From NCBI GenBank assembly GCA_965203805.1, contig OZ241917.1, positions 5,568,001 through 5,632,000 of the forward strand: DNA of 64,000 nucleotides, in the 5' to 3' direction. The notes under the pieces are model-generated. The model worked only from the letters and a program-made list of their open reading frames with translations. It was not told where the DNA came from and did no database searches. The DNA is from Candidatus Latescibacterota bacterium (GTDB taxonomy: Bacteria; Latescibacterota; UBA2968; GCA-2709665). Made by a program: the position numbers and the translations under genes. The stretch's first letter is position 1; the number at the start of each line of letters is the position of its first letter. Positions 10,227 to 19,461 of this stretch are shown piece after piece.

Positions 10227-11482
10227 AAGGCATTGTACCCGAGCCCGCGCCAGCGCTCGCGGGCGGATTGGATGGCGTCCCGGCCCGGCTTCACGTAGCC
10301 CCGCGTGCTGGGCGGAGGCTGGCCGGGCCCCGCGTCTTCCGGATAGGGCGACCAGTGGTCCTCCACGTAGGGCGCGCAGGCCGTCTTCCGCCGGAAATCG
10401 GGAATCGGAAACGGGGCGCCGTTCTCAAGGCAGGAACGCCAGGCCTGCACGCCGACGGCGGCCATCGCCACGCCCCGGTACACGTTCAGATATGGCTGGC
10501 GGCCGGATCGGATGGCGCGCGCGAAGTGGAAATTCGTCCAGAAGTCCCCGCCTCCGTGGCCCGCCTTCCGGGCGAGATCACCGTGTTCGGGCCAGTCGGC
10601 GGTGTAGGTGCGGTCCACTGGCTGCCCCTTTTCCCGCAGCCAGTCTTCGTGGTGAATGCGGACGCAGCTCCAATGGTTGGGTTCGGCGGTGGCGATGAGA
10701 CCCCGTTCGCCGTGAATTTCGTAGCGCACCCTGTGGATGGAACTCAGCTGCAGGCCCAGGATCCGAAAGACGGCGCCGTTGTCCATCCGGACCAGAATCA
10801 GACCGCCCTGGTCTCCCACGCGCACGCGGTGGGGCGACTGGGTGGGCTCTTCGACGATGGACAACGCGTTGACGGAAACGGGCATGGTCCCCGTGATGCA
10901 CATCAGGGGAGCGAGCGCGTGGCTGCAGTAATAGGTGGGCGGGATCCAGTTTCGCCAGTGGTTCAGACCCGGTGAGATGCCCAGCCGCCAGTTTTCCTCG
11001 GCGGCGTGGTTGTATTCGCCTTCGGCGTAGGTGACGTTTCCGATTTCTCCGCCGCGGTAAAGCCGGCGCAGTTCCTGGTTGGCCGAGGAGAAGGGGTAGT
11101 TCTCGGCGAACATGTAGATGCGGCCGCTCGCCTCCACCGCGCGGCACAGCGCGACGCCTTCGGCGAGCGTCTTGCACGCGGCGGTCTCACTCATCACGTG
11201 TTTTTCCGCCTGAAGCGCCTTGATGGCGAAGGGCGCGTGCTCGTGGCTGTAATTCGCCAGGATGACCGCGTCCATATCATGTTCGAGAAAACGGTCGTAG
11301 TCAGTATAGGTCGCGACCCCGTATTCCCGGCCGACCTGTTCAAGCTTCTCCTTCCAAGTGTCGCAAAGCGCGACGAGCTTCATGCCCACGGCGCCGGTCG
11401 CTCCCCTGGCGAAGCTCTGACCCCGTCCCACGCCGATGACGCCCACCCGGATGGGTCGGTCACGGGACTCGGGTTTTGGCAT
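10223..11482 (-). CDS. Gfo/Idh/MocA family oxidoreductase
   Basis: IRVGVIGVGRG Rossmann start, KHVMSE, GHGGGD. Confidence 0.9.
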   Translation of the reverse strand: MPKPESRDRPIRVGVIGVGRGQSFARGATGAVGMKLVALCDTWKEKLEQVGREYGVATYTDYDRFLEHDMDAVILANYSHEHAPFAIKALQAEKHVMSETAACKTLAEGVALCRAVEASGRIYMFAENYPFSSANQELRRLYRGGEIGNVTYAEGEYNHAAEENWRLGISPGLNHWRNWIPPTYYCSHALAPLMCITGTMPVSVNALSIVEEPTQSPHRVRVGDQGGLILVRMDNGAVFRILGLQLSSIHRVRYEIHGERGLIATAEPNHWSCVRIHHEDWLREKGQPVDRTYTADWPEHGDLARKAGHGGGDFWTNFHFARAIRSGRQPYLNVYRGVAMAAVGVQAWRSCLENGAPFPIPDFRRKTACAPYVEDHWSPYPEDAGPGQPPPSTRGYVKPGRDAIQSARERWRGLGYNAL

Positions 11483-11555
11483 AAGCGGTGCTCCTTGCGG
11501 TCGTACAGTTGAGGATCGGTCGGGTCTTTGAATTGGCGGTGGTCAATCAGTGCGC

Positions 11556-12413
11556 TCAGCCTTCGAGCAGCCGCCTCAGATAGGCTCCCTGCCCGCCAAG
11601 TTTGGCGTCGTCGTCGCCGGGCCCGAAGTCTTCCAGCGAAAGGTACCCGGCATAGCCGACGTCTTTGAAGTCGCGGATGATCTGGCCGACGTCCGCAATC
11701 CCTTCCCTCATGTCGGCGAAGTCCCATTCCCATTCACGGGCGCCCATGCCGTCTCGACCGGTGGAGACGGGTTTTCCGTTTCCGACGTGGCAGTGCGCGA
11801 GATAGGGGCCGAGCAGCTCCATGCCCATTCTGGTGTCTTCCAGGCCCACGCGCAGCATGTTCGGAACATCGTAAATAGCGCCGATATGTTCCGGGTCCAG
11901 GTCGCGCAGCAGTTCGATGGCGCGCGAACAGGTGACGGCGACGGTGCCGACGTGGATCTCGTAGAGGATCCTGACGTTGTACTCCCTGGCGGTTTCGACG
12001 AGGGTTGCGAAACCCGCTCGCGCGTTGAGAAACTGGGGCCAGTAAGGCTGCGTCCGGTCGTGCCGTGGCGCGCCGATTCGGATCATCGGCGGGCTGTCGG
12101 GGTTCAGCGCCGCCGCGCCGCGGAACAGTTTCTCCACGACGTCGGTGTCTTCCAGCGTGACGTTCGGCGCCAGGGCGATCACCTGTATGCCGGTACGCCT
12201 CTCGGCGGCCCTGATCGCTTCGGCCTTTTGAATGATGTTGTCCGGACTGACGTCCGAGAGGTGGCGGCCCCAGAATGAGGGGGCCTCGCTATCGTCGCCG
12301 GGGTTGTAGCGGCAACGCAGTTCGATGCCGTCGTACCCGTGTTCGGCCAGCTTGTCGAACGTGCGGTCCAGGTCCCATCGGGGCAGCATGACAGACGTGC
12401 AGGAGAGTTTCAT
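11556..12413 (-). CDS. sugar phosphate isomerase/epimerase (xylose isomerase-like TIM barrel)
   Basis: GYDGIELR, YEIH, IYDVPNM, HCHV, GYLSLE; start ATG 12413. Confidence 0.85.
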   Translation of the reverse strand: MKLSCTSVMLPRWDLDRTFDKLAEHGYDGIELRCRYNPGDDSEAPSFWGRHLSDVSPDNIIQKAEAIRAAERRTGIQVIALAPNVTLEDTDVVEKLFRGAAALNPDSPPMIRIGAPRHDRTQPYWPQFLNARAGFATLVETAREYNVRILYEIHVGTVAVTCSRAIELLRDLDPEHIGAIYDVPNMLRVGLEDTRMGMELLGPYLAHCHVGNGKPVSTGRDGMGAREWEWDFADMREGIADVGQIIRDFKDVGYAGYLSLEDFGPGDDDAKLGGQGAYLRRLLEG

Positions 12414-12436
12414 TTTGCCTCCGGATTCGCTGCGTA

Positions 12437-13501
12437 TTACGGTATGAATCGGGTCTTCGGGCCGATCGCCAGAATGAATTCGGTGAGCAGGGCCACGGTC
12501 CGGTCCAGGTCCTTGAGAGACAGGATTTCCACGGGTGTGTGCATATAACGCAGCGCCACGCTGACCAGCCCGGTGGCCACGCCGGCGCGTGTGAGCTGTA
12601 TGGCGTTCGCGTCGGTTCCGGTTCCGCCGGACGCGGCTTCGATCTGATAAGGCACGTCGGCCTTTCGCGCCGCGGCCACGAGGCGTTTGAAGACAACCGG
12701 ATTGATGTTGGCGCCGCGGGCGATGACGGGCCCGGCGCCCACCTTGAGGTCGCCGTCGCGGCGTTTGTCCACGTCGGGGTGATCGGTCGCGCATGCGACG
12801 TCGAGGCCGATGCCGAGGCGCGGATCGATGCCGTACGCGCTGGTTTTCGCGCCGCGCAGGCCGATCTCCTCCTGAACGGTGGCAACGGCGTACAGGGCGG
12901 CCCGGGACGGTTTATCGGAGCGGGCGACACAGCGAAGGGTCTCCGCCGCGATATAGGCGCCCATTTTGTTGTCGAAGGCGCGGGAGACGGCCAGGTCTCC
13001 ACGGATCATTTCGAAATTGGGATCGTAGGTGACGGGGTCGCCGATGTCGACGATTTTTCCGGCCTCCTTCGCGTCTCCCGCACCGATGTCGATCCAGAGT
13101 TCATGGACCCCGGGCGTTTTCTTCCGGTCCTCCGCCGTCATCAGATGGATCGGTTTCTTGCCGAAGACGCCCGAGACGGCGCCGGATGACGTATGGATGC
13201 GGACTTTCCTGCCCGGGACGATATTCGTGTCGAAGCCGCCGATGGTGTTGACGTAGATAAACCCGTTGTCGTCTATATGGTTGACCTGAAATCCCAGTTC
13301 ATCCATATGTCCGGCCAGCATGATTCGCGGGCCGCCTTTGGCGTTGTGCACGGCAATCGCGTTGCCGTGCGCGTCGACCGTGACCCTGTCCGCGTATTTC
13401 TTCGTTTCCGCCGTCCAGACCTCACGAACGGGTCCTTCGTACCCGGATGGACCCGGGGCATTGAGCATGGCTTCGAGAAAAGCACGGGAAGACTTGCGCA
13501 T
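12437..13501 (-). CDS. M42 family metallo-aminopeptidase
   Basis: GPSGYE, AGHMDELG, AFDNK, VQEEIGLRGA, GTDA, RYMHTPVE. Confidence 0.93.
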   Translation of the reverse strand: MRKSSRAFLEAMLNAPGPSGYEGPVREVWTAETKKYADRVTVDAHGNAIAVHNAKGGPRIMLAGHMDELGFQVNHIDDNGFIYVNTIGGFDTNIVPGRKVRIHTSSGAVSGVFGKKPIHLMTAEDRKKTPGVHELWIDIGAGDAKEAGKIVDIGDPVTYDPNFEMIRGDLAVSRAFDNKMGAYIAAETLRCVARSDKPSRAALYAVATVQEEIGLRGAKTSAYGIDPRLGIGLDVACATDHPDVDKRRDGDLKVGAGPVIARGANINPVVFKRLVAAARKADVPYQIEAASGGTGTDANAIQLTRAGVATGLVSVALRYMHTPVEILSLKDLDRTVALLTEFILAIGPKTRFIP

Positions 13502-13511
13502 CGCTCTCCTT

Positions 13512-13740
13512 TCCCCTTTAATTCACGATTCGGAACTTACACGGATAAACAGGATGAACAGGATAAAACCGAAAAGCGCGAGAACAAGAACATCAGAAAC
13601 TACGAAACACGCGAAGAATACGAAAAAGGCGACAACCTGAATCATCCACAAAAACAGAACTCACATGGATGGACCTGCCTGCTGAAGCAGGCGAGGCAGG
13701 CAGGATGAACAGGATAAAAACCAAAGAACGCGAGAAAACG
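13512..13740 (+). repeat. cluster of ~9-bp-period triple repeats (CAGGATGAA-type x2, CACGAAA-type)
   Basis: CACGGATAAACAGGATGAACAGGATAAA at ~13540 repeated at ~13662 with a 27-nt insertion; inverted homolog at 34969-35043. Confidence 0.8.
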
Positions 13741-13896
13741 AAAATCCGTGCCAGTTCTTGCATCCGCGTGATGACCGCTGGCTAATTTATCACGGGGAGC
13801 ACCGTATTGTTAACATCCTCCCACTCTTCTTTGGTGGGCCTGGATGTCGGCTATTTGCAATTCATGAAAGTAAACGAAAGCTGACAACTGCTCTTT

Positions 13897-13924
13897 CTGA
13901 CCACTGACCACTGGCCACTGTCCA
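13897..13924 (+). repeat. tandem heptamer CTGACCA x4
   Basis: ctgacca ctgacca ctggcca ctgtcca. Confidence 0.8.
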
Positions 13925-13953
13925 CCATTTACTGCTCCTGGTAATAAAACTTC

Positions 13954-14982
13954 TCAGAATACAGCCCGTTTTCGGCATTGTTCGATGACCCGTATCAATT
14001 CACGCGATTCATGGGTTTTGATATAGGGCTCCGCGTTTCGGGTAAACGTCTCATGGATGTTCGCGTAGAAGTCGAGTTCCGCTTCGGGACGAATCGGCAC
14101 GGTCTCTTCCCGCCAGGGGAGCCGGTCCTGGTTGTCGTAACTGCGCCCCGGCGCCGCCCCTTCGATGACGGTCAGTGCCGGGGCCCGGGCGGGCTCGTAG
14201 TACCGGATACGGAAGGCGTTCTCTGACTGTACGAGGGTTCCATAGTGCCCGCAGACGTGCCAGGGCGGAAGGGGCAGGGACGCCGCCTGGTTGATTTCCA
14301 GATCGAGTAGCTGGTTCTCTTCGGTCTTGAGCCAGATTCTGACCACGTCGTCCGCGTCTCCACGTGTCGCAACCGCCCAGAGGTTGCATCGGATATCGGA
14401 AACGGGCGTGCCGTCGGAGAGGTTGAGCAGCTGGTCGATGTAGTGGGCGCCGTAGTTGTTGAGCATGCCGCCGCCGTTCTTGCGCAGGCTCTGCCAGTCG
14501 TTGCGCCGCACGTAACGCGTCAGCGACCGGCGGATGAGGTAGACCGGGCCGAGAATCCCGCTGTCGATAACACTCTTGAGCGTCTGCGTTTCAGCTGAAA
14601 GGCGATGCGGCTGGTAGACGAGCGCGCGGCGGCCGTGCCGTTCCGCTTCATCGACAATGCGGTCGGCCGACTTCAGCGTGGTGGTCATCGGCTTTTCGAG
14701 GATCACGTGACAGCCTTCGCGGAGCGCTCGCCGGGCATGACGTTCGTGAAGTCTCGTGGGGGTCGCAACGACCAGGACGTCCGGGCGTTCTTTTTCCCAG
14801 AAAGCGCGCATGGTCCTGTACGTCCGACAGCCGGAAAGCGCGGCGGCCTCCTCAAGGCGTTCCGTCAGCGGATCGATGACGGCATCGAGCCGATATTGGG
14901 GCGAGTCCTTGAGTTCCTTGAAATGCCTGGACCATCCGGCCCGGCCCAGTCCGGCAATTGCCACGTGCAGCGGTTCCGCCAT
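13954..14982 (-). CDS. Gfo/Idh/MocA family oxidoreductase
   Basis: VAIAGLGRAG, HVILEKP, GGGMLNNYGAHYIDQ; start ATG 14982. Confidence 0.9.
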   Translation of the reverse strand: MAEPLHVAIAGLGRAGWSRHFKELKDSPQYRLDAVIDPLTERLEEAAALSGCRTYRTMRAFWEKERPDVLVVATPTRLHERHARRALREGCHVILEKPMTTTLKSADRIVDEAERHGRRALVYQPHRLSAETQTLKSVIDSGILGPVYLIRRSLTRYVRRNDWQSLRKNGGGMLNNYGAHYIDQLLNLSDGTPVSDIRCNLWAVATRGDADDVVRIWLKTEENQLLDLEINQAASLPLPPWHVCGHYGTLVQSENAFRIRYYEPARAPALTVIEGAAPGRSYDNQDRLPWREETVPIRPEAELDFYANIHETFTRNAEPYIKTHESRELIRVIEQCRKRAVF

Positions 14983-15180
14983 GGGCGTGGTATCCTGAGG
15001 CGTAAAGTTCGAAAGTTGACGCCCTTGCATTCTCTGTCTATATTCGTGCGAACGGCACAAATAATATAGCCTTCGACCCAAATGTCCATAGAAATCGTCA
15101 GCAGCCCATGGGCTATGCGACGGTTTGGGATACGAAAGGCGGGCGGTTCTCGTTGTGTATCCATGAACGGGAGGTTTGCG

Positions 15181-15756
15181 GTGAGCGCAGGGTCAGGACC
15201 ATCGGGCGCTTCCGAAGGTGTGAAATCGACGACGATGCAGGCGGCCATCCTGGGCATGCTCGTTGTGAATATCCCACTGTTGCTGATCAGCTTCGGCATG
15301 GGGTACGCGTCGAGGTACGACTGGATGTCCGTTACCGTGGGCGCCCACCTGAAGGTGGGGCTTCTGGCCTCGTTTCTGACGGTCCTCACGCAGACGACAA
15401 CGATGTTTTACTTTATGGGAACGGGTTCGGCCATCAAGGCAGAGGTGCGTGAGCGCGGTCTGGATCAAGAGTTTCTGGCCCGTGCCCGTGGGTTCAAAGG
15501 CAGTTTTTTCTACCTGCTGACGTTCGGCATCCTGCTGATCATGGTCACGGCAATGATCGGCGGCGGCGCGCACGCCGACCTGCTCCTGGGCGTCGGCAAG
15601 GACGGACGGACGTTCTATTCCATTCTGCACGAGGTCCTTGCGGTCCTGAGCCTGCTGGTGAATATGATCGCCTTCATCCTGACGCCGGTCTATATCCAGA
15701 AAAATAACCGGCTGCTGGATGACGTTGGACGTACCCGGGCCGGGGCGCCGGAGTAA
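15181..15756 (+). CDS. hypothetical multi-pass membrane protein
   Basis: four hydrophobic segments; GTG 15181 after GGGAGG. Confidence 0.7.
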   Translation: MSAGSGPSGASEGVKSTTMQAAILGMLVVNIPLLLISFGMGYASRYDWMSVTVGAHLKVGLLASFLTVLTQTTTMFYFMGTGSAIKAEVRERGLDQEFLARARGFKGSFFYLLTFGILLIMVTAMIGGGAHADLLLGVGKDGRTFYSILHEVLAVLSLLVNMIAFILTPVYIQKNNRLLDDVGRTRAGAPE

Positions 15757-15818
15757 ACGACCGCGGCGGGACGCCAGCGCAACGTATCGCCCCCCGCAAG
15801 CCGATCATGGAGGAGGTT

Positions 15819-17534
15819 ATGGACAACCGTGAGGTCGCGGAAACCCTGGAAGAGATGGCGGCGCTGATGGAACTGAACGGCGAGGGCGGGTTTCGCATAC
15901 GCGCGTACGCCAATGCCGCCCGGGCAATCGATTCCCTCGGGGAACCGGTATCGGCGCTGGCGGCCGGGGGAAAGCTGGATACGGTCCGGGGCGTCGGGAA
16001 GGGACTCGCGGGGCGAATCAGCGAACTCGTGGAGACGGGGCGTCTGCCCGGTCTGGAGGAATTGAAGGCGTCCGTCCCGGAAGGGCTGATGGAGATGACG
16101 GAGATTCCCGGCCTGGGGGCGAAGAGAGTGCGGGCGATCTACGAAGAACTGGGCATCGTGGACGTCGATGCGCTCTCCAGAGCATGCGACTCCGGCGAGC
16201 TGGAATCGATGAGCGGTTTCGGCAGGAAAACGGCCGAACGGATCGCGAACGGCATTCAATACATGCAGAAGCACCGCGGCCGGTTTCTGTGCAATAACGC
16301 ACGCGATGAAGCGGAAGCGATTCGGGCGTATCTCGAAGGCCGGGGGAACGTGGACCGGCTGGCCGTGGCGGGAACGATACGGCGCCGCTGCGAAACGCAC
16401 GGTGAAATCGATCTGGTGGCGTGCGCAACGGATCCCGAAGGGCTTGCCGGGGCATTTGAGGGGTATCGTGAGGTGGAGGAAGTTCTGGAGACCGGAGCGA
16501 CGCCGCTGAGTGTTATGTTGAACTCCGGAATGCGCGCGAATCTGTGGATCGTGGCGGAGGAGGCGTACTCGGCTGCTCTCCATCACGTAACGGGTAGCGC
16601 ATCGCACGTCGCGCAAATGCGCGAGAGGGCGTCGGAAGTTGGATTGAGACTGAGCGAAGAAGGATTGTTTGACGGCGATCGCCGGATTCCCGGTGAGGAC
16701 GAGGCGGCGCTGTTCGAGGCGCTGGGTCTGTCCGAGGTCCCTCCGGAACTGCGGGAGGGCGGAGACGAGGTCCGAGTGGCCGCGGCCGGAGGGCTTCCCC
16801 GACTGGTGAGACGAGAGGATCTGCTGGGGACGCTTCACGTGCATACCCGGCACAGCGACGGCCGGGCGGACGTGATGGAGATGGCGAACGCTGCGGCCGA
16901 CCTGGGCTACACGTATATCGGGATTTGCGACCACAGCAGGGCGGCGGCCTATGCGAACGGCCTGACGGAGGACCGGGTCCGCGCCCAGTGGGAGGAAATC
17001 GACAGCGTCAATGCGGAACGAACGGACATCCGGGTGTTGAAGGGGATCGAGGTGGACATCCTGAGCGACGGGCGTCTGGACTTTGAGGACGAATTCCTGG
17101 CGGAGTTCGACGTTGTCGTGGCGTCGGTGCATTCCAGATTCGGCATGACCGAGGCCGAAGCGACCGAGCGGATCGTACGTGCGGTGCGCAACCCTCACGT
17201 GGACATTCTGGGGCACCCGACCGGGCGATTGTTGCTGGCCCGCGAGGGGTATCCGCTGGATCACCGCGCCGTTATCGACGCGGCGGCCGAGTCCAATACG
17301 GCCATTGAGCTGAACGCCAATCCCCGGCGCCTGGACATGGACTGGCGGCATATCGGATACGCGCGGGAAAAAGGCGTGAAGATTTCTATCAACACCGATG
17401 CCCACAGTATCGAGGGTCTGGAGCAGATGGACCACGGTCTGGGCTGCGGCCGAAAGGGCGGGCTGACCGCCGCGGAGGTCCTTAACGCGATGACTATTGA
17501 TGGTTTCATGTCATGGCGCAACGAATCTGAATAA
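15819..17534 (+). CDS. polX: DNA polymerase X / PHP 3'-5' exonuclease, polymerase site altered
   Basis: MDNREVA, FRIRAY, HhH motifs, VPPELREG; PHP motifs LHVHT, DHS, GIEVD, SVHS, GHPTGR, NTDAH. Confidence 0.93.
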   Translation: MDNREVAETLEEMAALMELNGEGGFRIRAYANAARAIDSLGEPVSALAAGGKLDTVRGVGKGLAGRISELVETGRLPGLEELKASVPEGLMEMTEIPGLGAKRVRAIYEELGIVDVDALSRACDSGELESMSGFGRKTAERIANGIQYMQKHRGRFLCNNARDEAEAIRAYLEGRGNVDRLAVAGTIRRRCETHGEIDLVACATDPEGLAGAFEGYREVEEVLETGATPLSVMLNSGMRANLWIVAEEAYSAALHHVTGSASHVAQMRERASEVGLRLSEEGLFDGDRRIPGEDEAALFEALGLSEVPPELREGGDEVRVAAAGGLPRLVRREDLLGTLHVHTRHSDGRADVMEMANAAADLGYTYIGICDHSRAAAYANGLTEDRVRAQWEEIDSVNAERTDIRVLKGIEVDILSDGRLDFEDEFLAEFDVVVASVHSRFGMTEAEATERIVRAVRNPHVDILGHPTGRLLLAREGYPLDHRAVIDAAAESNTAIELNANPRRLDMDWRHIGYAREKGVKISINTDAHSIEGLEQMDHGLGCGRKGGLTAAEVLNAMTIDGFMSWRNESE

Positions 17535-17540
17535 GCGTGA

Positions 17541-17698
17541 AACATGGATGAACCTGCCTGCTGAAGCAGGCGAGGCAGGCAGGATGAGCAGGATTAAGAC
17601 CACAAACCGCAGAACCGTTACTGTGTCCCGCTTTGATTGAGTTATTGTAGGGTTTTTCCCGAATTTGCCTTTAATCCTGTCTATCCTGTGTATCCATG
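17541..17698. repeat. inverted pair of CATGGAT/CAGGAT repeats; right arm is the intron target
   Basis: left arm AACATGGATGAA[27 nt]CAGGATGAGCAGGATTAA, right arm TTAATCCTGTCTATCCTGTGTATCCATG|TT. Confidence 0.8.
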
Positions 17699-18483
17699 GT
17701 GCGCCGTGAAAAGGCGCGGAACTCCAGTGGGTGAGAGTCCCACCCGACAAATGTTGCTGCGGTCGGTAGCAACCGGAGCGGGGGTGAAGGTAACGACATC
17801 TCCGAAGCCTCCGGTGTAAAGGGTCGCAAGGCGACTCGGCGAGTATGCGGGCCGAAACGTGCAGTGAACGCTGAGCAGGCCTCGAAAAAGGTAATGCGGG
17901 AGCCGACCCGCCCATGGATCGGGGAAGGCCGCCGTCGTTGGAAAAAGAGAGCAACGCGCGCATCCAACGGTCCCGCCTGCCTGTCCGAGGGACGCAGGCA
18001 GGCCGGGGTAATGGCGAAGGCACGTATACAAGGAGATCCGACGCAACACGGGAAGCCCCAGCGGTGGTGTATAGACACCAACCGGACGCCCGTGAGGGAC
18101 AGGCCGGGCCGTATGGGGTGGCGGACAGGCTCGTAGTACCCGTGAAGCCGGGTAATGCCGGTGGAGGGAAGGGGCCTGACTTCGGATGTGCTTGTGAAGG
18201 GGACAACGGTCGGGAGAGTGGCGCAAGCCTATTACCTCCTCTAAAAGTAGATGAGGCGACTCCAGAGCAAGCTTGGGCTTCAGGTGAAGCTGTCCGGGCA
18301 GTGCGGGCAGCGTGTGCCTGAAGGCGACGTCCGTCGGAGAGCCGGATGCGGGAAAACCGCACGTCCGGTTCGATGAGCGGGATGTGGAAACGGAGCACGG
18401 AGCGGCTATTGAGGCACCGCCAGACGAAAGGGGCGGAAACAGATAGGCCACTCCTAAACCACCGCGCCACATCTCGACTCTAC
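17699..18483 (+). mobile_element. ORF-less group II intron, copy 1 (785 nt)
   Basis: starts GTGCG, ends CTCGACTCTAC; domain V GAGCCGGATGCGGGAAAACCGCACGTCCGGTTC at 18339-18371; domain III AGTACCCGTGAAGCCGGGTAATGCCGGTGGAGGGAAGG; no RT ORF. Confidence 0.95.
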
Positions 18484-18561
18484 TTCGATGACTTTCGCAG
18501 TCATTCGGCCACAGTCATCAACTGCAATAACAACGGACGGATAGGATAAGCAGGAGGCAAC

Positions 18562-19326
18562 TTGGAACGCGAAGATATCTTTGACAATGTTCAGTCCATT
18601 GTTGAGAAAAAGGACCTTTACGCCGCGAGCGAGTTCGTGTTTGGTCTCTGGGACGAGACCGACGTCGTGAAGACTTTTGAAGACCTCCTGCTGGACTGCT
18701 ACTGGAAGGCCAAATCCATCGAGCAGGTGATCCACTTTGCCAACGCTGGCATCCACTATTGTCTCGCCAGGGCGTGGTCTTCAGGCGACCTGGGCGACGA
18801 CCTCTACGACGAAATCTACGACGATCCCGAGAGGGAGCTTCTGTTCGCCGCCAAGCGGATGGCCACGAATGCCGCATCCTTCACCTGGATCGGCTGGAAC
18901 GAACCGGACATTGAGATTACGCGCGAGCAGAGGCGGCGCGGAATCGCGTTCGCGCGGTACAGCGTCAGGCAACTGCGTGAACTGGACCCGACTGGCGCGC
19001 AGCTTGCCTATACGTACTGGTATCTCGCCGCGCACCTGATGGCGAATGAATCCTATGCCGATGCGCTGTCGGTGTTCGGGGAGGCTCGTGATCACAGCGC
19101 CTCCGCAGGCGGAGATCCCGATCAACCGGCGATGTTCGACGGATACATCGGGCTGACGAAGATCCTTTCCGGCGACAACGAAACCGGCGAATCGGAATTC
19201 GATTCGGCGGTTGCCGCCCTCGAATCCCGCGATAGCGAAGACGCCGCCTTCTACGCGAAACAACTCGTCGACGTCAGGACATTTTTTGAACGGCGGTTGG
19301 CATCAGACGCTGGAGACGGGCGTTGA
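18562..19326 (+). CDS. hypothetical alpha-helical (TPR-like) protein
   Basis: 254 aa, TTG start after AGGAGG; helical repeat-like pattern. Confidence 0.7.
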   Translation: MEREDIFDNVQSIVEKKDLYAASEFVFGLWDETDVVKTFEDLLLDCYWKAKSIEQVIHFANAGIHYCLARAWSSGDLGDDLYDEIYDDPERELLFAAKRMATNAASFTWIGWNEPDIEITREQRRRGIAFARYSVRQLRELDPTGAQLAYTYWYLAAHLMANESYADALSVFGEARDHSASAGGDPDQPAMFDGYIGLTKILSGDNETGESEFDSAVAALESRDSEDAAFYAKQLVDVRTFFERRLASDAGDGR

Positions 19327-19360
19327 CGGCCACCTTACCGCTTCCGAATTCCAATAACGC

Positions 19361-19426
19361 AATCCTCACGCGGAGACACAAAGACACAAAGAAAAACGAA
19401 AACAGATACTGTCGCATTTTGCGACA
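19361..19426 (+). repeat. intergenic spacer repeat, copy 1
   Basis: AATCCTCAC.CGGAG...GATACTGTCGCATTTTGCGACA shared with 21478-21523 and 23110-23205. Confidence 0.8.
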
Positions 19427-19461
19427 ACAGTGCGTCTCCTTCATACGAGGTACGTAACGAG

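Noticed and set aside
13512-13924. Possible CRISPR array
   Set aside because: Repeats are short, irregular and lack unique spacers of constant length; no cas genes
17511-18549. ORFs overlapping the intron copies as a possible maturase
   Set aside because: No RT motifs (no YADD); they are read-through of structured RNA
19410-19426. TGTCGCATTTTGCGACA as a second WYL operator
   Set aside because: Half-sites are in the opposite order and spacing compared with the box at 48597
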